A stretch of 63,966 bases of DNA, the filler included, from Circinaria calcarea (taxonomy: Eukaryota): assembly GCA_051942165.1 (NCBI GenBank). It is 3 parts of 3 records of this genome, joined end to end, with 100 filler letters (N's around TTAATTAATTAA, not from the genome) between each part and the next. Parts side by side here need not be neighbours in the genome. Positions count along the whole stretch, not along the records: positions 1 to 22,577 come from JAVECS010000128.1; positions 22,678 to 44,983 come from JAVECS010000129.1; 1 more part is not named here. One strand, given 5' to 3'. Under the pieces are notes generated by a model, which was given only the letters and a program-made list of their open reading frames with translations, made no database searches and was not told the origin of the DNA. Both the position numbers and the translations under genes were made by a program. Positions 13,015 through 23,879 of this stretch are shown piece by piece (the first letter of the stretch is position 1; each line of letters starts with the position of its first letter).

Positions 13015-14585
13015 TATGGAATCCTAGAGATCAGCTAGGTATTTTCTAACCTGGAAGGTAAAATGAGAATGCAATGCGGATTAACTGACAGTGCCCCTGG
13101 TTTGTTCAAGTAGTATTTGTATTAAATATTTTTTCAAGATGAAACTGCTGTCCACACTTCAGAATATAGATCGGGCTGCGGAGTGCTTCGCCACGGCACC
13201 ATCACATTACCCTTTGTTTAATGAGCTATTTGATACACGGCACATAAAGACCGTTTGGGATGTGGAAACCTGCATACTTGTGGAAACTACCGAGATAGAT
13301 TGACCGCCTAAGACAAGGGAGATGAAAGGCTGTGTCATACTAGGTAATAAAAAGATGACATGAAACAAATATGTTCTGATGCATACAATACCAGGATAAT
13401 TGAGTAATTGGATAAGGCAGAAGGAAACCAACAGCAAACAGATACGTGATGCATGCAGAAATCTGAAAAACCCTTGTCCAGAGTAGTATACTATCTCCAC
13501 CATGCCCCGATCAATGGGTTAGGCAAGGATCAAAAGAAGCTTACGCAGAATAGAATTTAGGCAGCATAGTTCTTCTGTTCTAGACTGCGGCTCTAACAAT
13601 AAGTATGGTGATGTTAGAGGATAGTATCCAAGATTTCAGGCAATATGCCGGGGTACCTGTTGTACAATGGCACGGTGACTGCAGAGGCAATGCACAGCAG
13701 CATAACAAGCGTAAACGAGCAAGAATATCTCCGCTGTCATGCATCACGATGTAGTATTGCATTAGCTTAGTTTCTTCCTCGAATACCATACACTGCATTG
13801 GTTTAGCACCTTTCAAACGCACAATACACCCATGCGTGCCACGGTTCGCATATCTGTTCCCAGCTAAGTCGGAATGAACCCGCTACACCCTTATTGCAAG
13901 AACATCAGCTCGATTCAGCAAATGCTCCGGCGGGAAGGTGGTGAGTAAGACCTTCGATGGTGACGATCCATTCTTCCAATTGTTTGAGTAGGAGACATGG
14001 GAATGCGGATCGACGATTGGGGCACGTAGTAACGAAGATAGCGCTGCAGGGCTTGAGGATTGCTACTCCGGATGGGTTCCTAACAATATTGCAGGAAGCC
14101 AAAGGATCGTTTAGCAATTCGGCCTCAGGCCGGCAACATAGCATCTATGAGTTTTCACCAGAAGTCTCGAAATACGCTTTAGCTTGCTGCAGATTGCACA
14201 CGTAGCTCATTAACCATGATGCATACCATTGGATTCAACCTTAGGAGATAGATCTTAGGCAAGGGGGGGATATTGTCAGTAGATAGAGTAGATAGTGTAA
14301 ATACGTCTGCGAATAATCCCACAGGGCGTATATCTAATATACGCCGTTTGCAGTCGCATTCGCCTTTCCAGGGTTCAGATTTGCGGATTTCGAATACGGT
14401 TTAGCAATCTTTGGATTACTTGAGTAACTGCGTTCTATAATGTATAGCGACGAAGAGCAATTCATCGAGGCATCTATCGTGCAAATCTACTGTAGTAATA
14501 AACCATTATTAAGTTACTCACTGTGCACGTAAACATGGCCATGCTTCAAGTTGGAAGGTATTGTAGCCCAGACGCAGATCATAAT

Positions 14586-15626
14586 CTAACCCAGGTTCAT
14601 AGATAGCGTCACACCGCTATCGACGATGAGTCCTGTCCCATTTATATAGCTGGCCGCCGGACTGCATAAGTAGACGATGAGCTCGCTAATCTCATCTGGC
14701 TCTGCCATTCTTCCTAGTGGTGAGGCCTTCTTGATCATGTCCGGAAGCGTTGGCGCTTTTTCGAAGCTGCGATCCATCATTGGAGTTCTGACCCATGACG
14801 GGCATACCACATTGACGCGGATCCCGTGGGCGAAGTTATCCAGTGCTTTGCACGCCGAGACCAGTTATCAGTACTTGATTGAACAAAGGGGAGGGATTTC
14901 GTTGCGGCGGCTTACCGGCTGTCTTGGTGACCCCTAATATGGCATGTTTTGACGCTGTGTAGGTGAGCGAACCAGGTACCGCCACGTAGGAGAGTGCCGA
15001 CCCAAGGTTGACGATTGATCCTCGGCCAATGCTGCGGGACCCATATCTACCCTCTATAGTAAGGGGCTCTTGATTCGACATTGCTTGGGATGCTGCGCGG
15101 ACACAGAGCATGGTGCCCTTCGCGTTGATATCAAGGACTTTCATAAACTCTTCTACTGAAGATTCGGCTACCGGCGCGTATGCATCTACACCGACCTATC
15201 AACCGTTGCTCTGTCAGTCTTGACGATGGTTCGTTAAATCTGAACTGGAAAATCGTTTACCCCAGCACAATGAACACTGTAATCGAGCCTCCCAAATTCT
15301 TCAACGGTTGCATCCACCATAGCCTTCACACTAGCTGGATCCGTCACGTCGACACCGACCACAACGGTACGGTAATTCGGATGTGCTGCAAAGTCCTTGC
15401 TCTTCTCCGCGGTCTCTTGAGCACCTTTGACGTTCAGGTCTGCCACGACTATTCCGACTGCCCCAGCCTCGGCAAAGGAGAATACGGTGTCGCGGCCTAT
15501 TCCCCCAGCAGCCTGAGAGGGAGATTCAGTTAGTCGATGGTTGACTTTGAATTTTCAATGAGTTTCTGTGAGGGGAAGACTTGCTCCAGTGACAAGCGCT
15601 ACGCCTTTGGTTGCTTTCAATGCCAT
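14586..15626 (-). CDS. short-chain dehydrogenase/reductase (classical SDR), 4 exons
   Basis: MALKATKGVALVTG|AAGGIG (TGxxxGIG, built across a GC-AG intron), GRLDYSVHCAG, SIVNLGS, catalytic YTASK, C-terminal PLGRMAEPDEI...YINGTGLIVDSG. Confidence 0.92.
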
Positions 15627-16663
15627 CCTAGCTGATCTAGTTTGATAACGGTTTTCCAACGGTTTTCCAACGGATGGTGAAGAACTGGTAAGCCGTTGGT
15701 GGTAAACGGGAAAACGGGAAGGAGGATATTCCCGGTATTCCTATGCTTATCTTACCCCCCTTCAATCACCCCATTACTTCACTGAAGAACCGCTGGAAGG
15801 AAGGCGGTGTTCACTCGAACAGTGAACGGATGCGATTCAAATCCCCGGCTAAGGCAGAAACGAAGCTAAAAGGACCTTGCTCCGCTACCATAGCCGACTG
15901 CACATCACCGATTGCTGAGCCGCATTTCTAAGCCACCAAGAGGTTGTAGCTTCCGAGTGGTGTTACACCCAGCTTCCATGACTGTATGGAAAGCTGCCTT
16001 ACCCCCTGCCCTCCGTCGATGTTCGGACTACTTCCCAAAGGAGATGGATGTTTCAATGTCACACAGGGCGCCATCCCGTCAGTTTGCCGTCTTAATCTTG
16101 CAGACCAGAGACGGAGTAAATGACGGAGGAAAACACCCGCAGATACGGACAGCACTAAGCAATGCTATGCACATGCCCGCTTGAACTCTACTTGGGTAGG
16201 GGTGAGATCCACAACCCATCGATTGTGGGTGAAAGGCGGCGCAGGTGCAGAATAATCCTCCGATTTCGCATTCCCTTCATGCTATGCCTCGCTCTTCTCA
16301 TCGCAAAACCCGAAGACTGTGCCATGCGTGTACATTTCTCCCCTTTGAGACGGGAATCCCATTCGAGCTTGGGCAAAGACAATCGGGGCACCATCCCCCC
16401 TCGCCCCCAATCTGATGCTCTAGAGCTGGCTATGCCGAAAGCCATATCAATTGCCCTTTGACATTGTCCAAGTTGAGAAGTACAAAATACCGTTTGTATT
16501 ATAGTTGGGAGCTTCTTGGGCATCAACTCTGACGCAACGGCCTATACCGTCTGATTCCAAAGCCTCCCACCGGCCCTAATACTACAGTCCCAGCCAGCAG
16601 TTTTTGTTATTCCAAAGTCCAGGTCTTTTACGACTCTCGACCTAGCTCACTATAGTATTTATC

Positions 16664-17989
16664 ATGGCTCCTCCCGATGATCGAGGACCATCACTTCTCA
16701 AGCTCAATGTGGCCATGATTGTGGTTGCTACGATAGCGGTAGGACTTCGATTTTGGTCACGAGCAGTTACACGGTCCTCCAAGTTCTCGAAGGGTACAAG
16801 GTTCTGGTGGGATGACTGGCTGGCGCTGGCAAATCTGGTATGGCTTGCGTTAGCTGGTGAAAGACACAAAGCTGAGTCAATATAGCCATTCTCTGTTGGC
16901 CAAAACTCGATGGTAATATACTGGGCAACTATCGGATTAGGGAAACACACCGCCGAAGTCCCCGAAGAGAAGATTACCAAGGGGCTAATAATTCTCTACG
17001 CTGGATACTTCCTCTACGACTTTGGAATTTCCCTTGCCAAATTCTCGGCGCTGTGCTTCTTCGCTCGCGTATTCAATGTTAATAATGGAAGATTCCGGAC
17101 CGCCATTTGGGTGACTTCTTTCCTGGTCGTTGGTTGGCTCTTGTTTGCTATCCCTTCTGCCATCTTCCAATGTACTCCGATCAGAAAAGCGTGGTCGCCG
17201 ACCGTTCCTGGTACCTGTCTGAATAATTATCGCTGGTGGCTAGGTAGCGCAATATCGAGCGTCATCATAGATGCTATCATTCTAATACTCCCAATGCCGA
17301 TACTATGGAAGCTGCAACTCAAACCATCCCGAAAGCTGTTGATCACTTGCGTTTTCGTCGCTGGGTACTGGTAAGGCATCTATCCAGCTTGAGAATAGAA
17401 ATCATGTTGATTTGCTTCTAGTGTGATTGTCATCTCAATCGGGCGTTTAGTGGCTGTCTCTCGGGTGGGTGGAATATTGGCGGAGGATGTGAATTGTTCG
17501 TATCTTCCTCAGCGGATACCGGCTATTGAGCTTTTTATATTCCAGGAATATTGTCTAACTCTACGCTACGTGTTCACAGATAACTCCATCCCCATCCACT
17601 ACTGGTTATCGGTTGAGGCGCCAATATCCATTCTCAGTATTTGTCTTCCCAGTATCTTCTTTCTCATCAAGCGAGGCGTGAAAAATGGCCCCTACTCCCT
17701 TTTCAGCTCCCGGGAAGTCTCCTCGGCATCCAACACTGCCAGTCAAAGCTGGAGAATCAATACCAACCCTAGTTTCTCCCGCGACAAGCAAGCTGTGGCT
17801 AGAGTTCAAGGCCATGCCAGTGATGATTCCTGGGAGAGGCTACACGAGCGCGGCCCAGAATACGATGCAACGGCATTTAGGGCTCCTTCCAAAAGAAGCT
17901 CTGAGCAATCTACCACTGAAGCGGACTTGGCAATGCAGTCAATCCGTGTGCGACAAGAAATTGACGTTCGAGTGAAGCAGACAGCTTAG
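16664..17989 (+). CDS. Pth11-like (non-CFEM) fungal rhodopsin-domain integral membrane protein, 4 exons
   Basis: VGLRFWSR...WWDDWLALA, LAKFSALCFFARVF, IFQCTPIRKAW...GTC, DAIILILPMPILWKLQL, VEAPISILSICLPS; about 7 hydrophobic segments and a polar tail ending in IRVRQEIDV. Confidence 0.88.
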
Positions 17990-19413
17990 TGGATAAGTTA
18001 ATGTGCTTCGCACGGGGTGTGGTACTACATTCAGATTATGCCACTAAAGCGTTGGAACTAGTGCGTGGACGCTTGGAAGCTAAGCTGCAGTTGGAGACGG
18101 GCAAAGCGTTGGGAATATTGTATGGTTCTCGCGAACTTGTGTACAACGCATACAGGCTGGCTACAAATAATGCATACACGGTTTCCCCATTTTCTTCCAA
18201 TCAGAAATACCAAGTAGCTATCACCATCTGCATCAATAACCAATGTAAAACAATCCGAGTTTGTTACACTGCTACCGGTAATTATCTAACATTCCATACT
18301 AATAATTGGGGTCAAGACCATCGGTTATCCCTCAACGCCCTTGCTCCAGAATGCAGCGAGCCGTGGTGGTGCCATCCCAGCTTGACTAATCATGACCTTG
18401 TATACCAGGGATTGCACGGCTCGTCCGCCACAAGGGATAGGTATCTAATTCGAGGCTGCATCGGCCTTGGGTGCGGGACGTTTATCGGCCAGCGCATGTG
18501 TGCGGTACGGCAACAGCCGGGGATTTTCAAAATTGATTTCATATCAAGATTCGAACAGTAGCCCGATTTGCATGCATTGGCAGAAATCATCCGCCCGCAT
18601 TCCTGCATAAAGAGGGGTGTGAGGGGAATCTATCCTGAGTTGGCCAAGAGGGCTGAGAGACAGATCGACACTCGGAACAGAAGTCGGGGTGTGAACTGTG
18701 CCACCTATCGATCTATCGCAGTCACAAAGCACCTCCATGACGCTCAGGGTATGCAAAGGCTTGCGGCATGGCCTTCGAACCGGCAGGAACCGTCACCGAA
18801 AATTCTCTCCCTGCATATGCGAGTTGAAGGACGTTTAGGAGGTACAGTTGTGCGAGTCCCCCGTCGAATAACCTTCGATAGGCCTCTCGGCATCTACTTA
18901 AGATGAGTTCCGTGATGGGTGCATCATTCAATCCGTTAAAGCCGAAAAGTTTCCTGATGCGAGGCAAAGAAGGCAAAGAGTACGAAGCGTATGACTTCAG
19001 CTTCTCGCTGGATGATTAAACAGTACCACCCTCCATCAGCACCAAAGCAAGACTCGGGCGTAGTCTGCAGGTGATGGGGGGTATCGTGTCTTCAACACGT
19101 TCGAGACACTGACCGTCCTGCTCAAGGGATGGTAGCCTGCGTCGAAAGATACGGCTCTATACCTTGGACAAGGTGCAGTTCTTCTGAAGTGGGTGGCACA
19201 GCCTTGAGCTCGCAGCCCAGATTCTAGGGAAACACGGGCTGCATGCGAAGGTGCTCTTACTCCTCCCTCAACAGGATCAACATCCTGGATCCCTCAGGAT
19301 AAACTTCTGCACTCTTTCCGGTAGACTTTTTATCCCAGTGTTATGTATTGTTTTTGTGACTGACCGCGAACTAGGAGAATCGAGAGATACTTCTTGTTGT
19401 GGCCATTATCACC

Positions 19414-21310
19414 ATGGACTCCTCCAGCACGCAAGCCAGTTCGGGAGAACTCAAGGACCATGTGAACACTCAACTCGTCGATGACCAGCCTCAAGACCTT
19501 GAGAAGCAACACCTAGATGAAGCGGACGCTCGTTCAGGAACTGCAAAGTCGCCTCGTGAGATCCAAGGAATTAAATGGGTTATCGTCGTCACCTCCATCC
19601 TTTCATCCACCTTTCTCTTCTCCCTCGACAACACTATAGTCGCCGACATCCAGCCGGCGATTATCGAGGACTTCGGTGAGATTGAAAAATTGCCGTGGCT
19701 CGGAGCTGCCTTTGCCTTAGGCGCCGTTTCCGTCCTGCCGTGGGGAAAAGCCTATGGTGTCTTTGATATCAAATGGCTATACATTGTCAACGTAGGCCTT
19801 TTCGAAATTGGTAGCGCCATATGCGGTGCCGCACCCACCCTGTCCGTCCTCATTGTAGGGAGGGCGGTGGCTGGAGTAGGTGGTAGTGGCATGTATTGCG
19901 GATGTCTGACTTATCTTTCGGTCACCACAAGCGAGTACGAACGACCACGCTACATATCGCTCGTGGGATTAGTTTGGGGCATTGGAACAGTTCTCGGACC
20001 GGTCATCGGTGGTGCTTTTGCGCAAAGCAGCGCCACTTGGCGCTGGGCGTTCTGGATAAATCTGGTTATCGGCGCCATCTTTGCTCCAGCTTTTCTCTTT
20101 GTGTTACCGGACATCCGCCTCCAGAAAGAGACATCTTTTGCTGGAAAGTTGAAGCAGATGGATTGGCTAGGAATCGTCGTTTTCGAAGGCGCGATGGCTT
20201 GTTTCATCATGGCCATCACTTTTGGTGGTAGCAGCTTTCCATGGCAGTCGGCTAGTGAAATTACACTGTGGATTATGGCCGGCGTGTTATCCATCATCTT
20301 TGGGTTCACGCAGAAGATCCATCCTTTCGTCCCTGGGGAAAGCAAGCTATACCCTACCCAATTCTTGAGGAGGCCCCTTCTGCTGAACCTACAGTTTCAG
20401 ATATTTCTCGCTTCTGGAGTATTATTGGTTGGTGAATTGTATATTCCTGTTGAGCCGCTTTCGTTGATGATGCATAGGGCGCTGCTTACTATATTCCGCT
20501 CTATTTCCAGTTCGCTAGGGTTTGTCATCTTTTTAATTCAGTTCAGAGATCGCTGTTGATCCCCTTTAGGGTGATACTGCCCTGAAAGCCGGCGTACGTC
20601 TCTTGCCGTATGTTACCGCAATAGTTGTCTTCTGCTTGCTCAACGGTGCTTTAATGCCTAAGCTCGGATATTACCAGCCTTGGTACCTTTTCGGCGGAGC
20701 GATGATCTTGATAGGTTCGGCTTTGATGTATACTGCTTCAGCAATCACAAAGCCAGCTGCCGTGTACGGGTACATACTCCTCCTTGGAGTGGGCGTAGGG
20801 TCCTACGTTCAGGCCGGATTTGCAATCACCGAGTGTTTAGTTTCTCCGACAGAGCTTGCGCATATAGTTGGGTTCATGAGTGTTGGTAAGGCTTGGTCTA
20901 TTTTAGGAAGCTTCGAATGTCTGTTACCACCTGCAGATTTGTTAACACTTTCTAGCACAATCGATGGGAATCGTTGTCTTCCTTGCCGTCATGGGTTCCG
21001 TCTACCAAAATTTGGCCATCCTCAGGGTCTCGCAGGTCCTCCCGTCGGACACTGCGGTCAACCTTCGCCAATTGGTGGCCGGCACTTACAGCGGTATATT
21101 CAAGTCCTTGCCCGAAAGCACACGGGACGAAGTTGTTGTCGCTGTGATCTCGGCGATGAGATTCGTTTGGCTTATGCCCTTGACGGCTGGGGCTGTAACG
21201 GTCATATTCTCCTGTTTCCTAGGAGTAAGTAGACTGCGCTTGTTGATCGTCAAATGCTACTCTAACAATATATTTTTCTACAGAAGAATAAGCTTTTTAG
21301 AACAGGATGA
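19414..21310 (+). CDS. MFS efflux transporter, DHA2 (14-TMS) type, multi-exon
   Basis: FLFSLDNTIVADIQPAI, LFEIGSAICGAAP, GRAVAGVGGSG, GTVLGPVIGGAF, WRWAFWINL; the last exon encodes KNKLFRTG-stop at 21310. Confidence 0.92.
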
Positions 21311-22042
21311 ATCGATTTGGAAAAACCTCGAGATAGACCTAGTATTTGGCTGGGGAGAATGACAGTCGAACGCTGGTTATTGCATGTTTTGCCTTTTTGT
21401 TTTTTTTTTCTCTAATGCGCATGTATTAATCATCCTATTTGATGTCAAAACACGGCACAAGCGCTAAGCAGGAGCGTTCTGATGACTAATTTCATAATCT
21501 CCATCTTTGATATATACGGTGAAAGCGCGTATGCGCGCGAAAGGCTCCAGGCGGGGAACATCACCAGAATTGGGTTTAAATCCCGTTGGCGCCGCTTTTG
21601 GTGACGTGGTGGTTTCCCTGGCCTCTTTTCTGAGTCACCCACCTAATCCCCCCGGGACGTCTTATCACCCCCGATCTCAAAGCTCATGTATAGGAGAGCG
21701 GACGGGATGCCCGGGTGTTTTTGAATATGTAATCGTTATGTGAAAAGATATTTTCTGTTCTCGTATATATAGCTTCTAGTTTATAAGAAGGCAGTGGAGA
21801 TGTTCTTTTATGCTGTGTGGATCCAGGGGGATTTGGTTTTTTTATCATTTATCGGGTGCCCGGTGGGTAATCGTTTTGCCAGGCATACATTTTGGAGCTC
21901 CGGAGGGACTGGAGTTTACCTTGACTTGGATAAGGGCTTAGGTGGGCGTATGACTGGGTTGGTGGCCGCATATAGGACAGCACACGTCAGGCAAGCATGT
22001 TCCGATTACAGGTTTCATGATCTGCATCTTCTATGTAAAGCC

Positions 22043-22577
22043 TTATGGAGGGATACAACTCTCGATAGGACTTCCATGAGCCACCGCCTGCCAGGTGCAG
22101 GTCTTGAGCTCGTCAATTGGGTTCTTCCAGGTTTCTCTCTGCTCAAAGATTGTGATATTCACATGCGGTGGAAGGGCGTTGAGTCCCGTAAGACCATGGC
22201 CTGGTCTTCTCCTCCTCTTATTCGTCCTGCCGATCGCTTTTGCCGGAGGCGTCCAATACGCACTTCCTCCTTGCGGCCCGTTATATGGAGTGTTGATGCA
22301 GACGTTCATTAGTGTGGCTACCGCCGTGCGTATTTGCTCCCAGGTGAGGACGAGAACTGCCGTGACCGAGATAGCAAGATAGCAACTATTCGAATGGAGA
22401 AAGGTGACTCCCGGTCCCACTTGCAGTGTATCAGAGGGAGGGCTCAGCTGATTCCACTCTATCTGAGTGCAATCGACCACAGGAGGCCTGCCTAGACTTG
22501 CATCACACTTGTAGGTCATTTCGGGAGGAGCTTTCGGCGGTTGAAGTTGCCACCAAGTTTGTGTGCCACCCCGTTCC
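22043..22577 (-). CDS. Cys-patterned hypothetical protein, 5' part lost in assembly gap (possibly secreted)
   Basis: Frame is open from the gap edge (GTGGTQTWWQLQPPKAPPEMTYKCDASLGRPPVVDC...) to the stop at 22043; six Cys, no recognisable enzyme motif. Confidence 0.65.
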
Positions 22578-22677
22578 NNNNNNNNNNNNNNNNNNNNNNN
22601 NNNNNNNNNNNNNNNNNNNNNTTAATTAATTAANNNNNNNNNNNNNNNNNNNNNNNNNNNNNNNNNNNNNNNNNNNN
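22578..22677. other. artificial scaffold spacer (N44-TTAATTAATTAA-N44)
   Basis: Exactly 100 nt; the central 12-mer puts stop codons in all six frames; identical structure at 44984. Confidence 0.97.
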
Positions 22678-23220
22678 CCCCCCCCTTAAGATCCTGTAAG
22701 TTTTCCCTTACGAATAGCCAAGAAGATCCTACGGATAAGAATCTATAAAATTATATAATAATGTGAGCTTCGTAAAAGCATATAAATAACGAAAATAAGC
22801 AAAGTGATTGGCTAAATAATTATTAGTGCGAAGCTTCGTGAGAAAAAAAAAACCTCAATCTCTCGAACTAAGCCCTAGCCTTGTAAATCTCGGTGTGTTA
22901 TTGTTCCTCGAGGGTTCCGTAGTAAATAGGCCCTGTAAGAGTTCTTATAATTCCACCGGAACATCCCCGCGCGGCGCCCTTTTTCCCCCCTTACGAGCGG
23001 GGAGAAAGCATTCTATCTAAGCTTCTAAAATAAGCGGGGGAAAGACAGAGCCGAAAGCCGGAAATCGAAACGAAAAGAAAACGAAAAGCGCACAGCAGAG
23101 CAGAGCAGAATTCAGAAACCAATTACATCATATACTATCCCCCCCCTCGGTCCGAAACCCCTCTGTAAGAACTCTACCCGAGAACCCCTACGAACCCTAC
23201 GGGTGAACTACTATATACAC
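22678..23220 (-). mobile_element. AT-rich degenerate repeat, possibly 3' end (PPT + LTR) of a Ty3/Gypsy retrotransposon
   Basis: TpA-rich with no credible ORF. The minus strand has GAGGGGGGGGATAG (23148-23135, reading TEGGDS), resembling a polypurine tract that would precede an LTR running to the gap. Confidence 0.35.
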
Positions 23221-23229
23221 CGAGGTCAC

Positions 23230-23732
23230 GAGGTATTAACTTAAACGAGAAAGGTTTGCCCTCACGAAATATTCCACCAGATTTCTTTAGCAATAATTCA
23301 CACGCTATACGAATCAATTGAGCACATTATCACACAAATTCGTAAGATCACTATACCATTCGTAGAAGATCCTTACAGCGATAATCTTTCTGATTATATT
23401 TTTTAAAAGTTTTAAAGTCCTCGTGATTTTCGCCGGTGTCACGCCTGTAATTTGCTATCTAATAATAATTCCTCTGGTATACGGAGTCAATTCTTTACGA
23501 CAAATGATATTTGGCGTAATTGGCCCTAATGGAGTGCATGGCATGGTGTGGTAATGAATGGAAGAAGGTAGGTTGAAATTGAAATTGGCGAATTTTCGTG
23601 TTTTCGCTTAATTGCGTTCAAACTTTTGTCCGGGAACTGTATGTGAGGGTAGAACCATCTAAGCTAGTATACAGCGAAAAACGCTTTCAGAGGTGTGTGG
23701 AAAGTATGGGGCACGGGACCACTTATTACCCG
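23230..23732 (-). mobile_element. degenerate Tc1/mariner-type DNA transposon 5' end with inactivated transposase N-terminus
   Basis: From ATG 23544: MPCTPLGPITPNIICRKELTPYTRGIIIR*QITGVTPAKITRTLKLLKNIIRKII, resembling the fungal Tc1 transposase N-terminal HTH (RTPLGPI...ELTPYxRGxIxG). In-frame stop at 23457-23455. Candidate terminus CGGGTAATAAGTGG flanked by TA at 23733-23734. Confidence 0.65.
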
Positions 23733-23879
23733 TAGGTACCACGTGACTCGGTCAGTCCTATGACTTCCAATATAGACCAAAGCCGTTAATCTCAAAAGAA
23801 CTCCCCCCCCACGGGTGATACCGAGACCTGTGAGGAGAATACAGCACTTCAGACCCCCTTTGTAGTACCCCGGAACCCC

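Noticed and set aside
13015..14580. Short ORFs between the PKS and the SDR
   Set aside because: No recognisable motifs or splice-consistent gene; treated as promoter/terminator DNA
17989..19400. ORFs between the Pth11-like gene and the MFS gene (possible missing TF or hydrolase)
   Set aside because: No Zn2Cys6, GxSxG or other motif in the frames I read; a highly decayed gene cannot be excluded
22622..22633. TTAATTAATTAA palindrome inside N runs (also 45028-45039)
   Set aside because: Synthetic six-frame-stop linker, not biological; adjacency across both gaps is unproven
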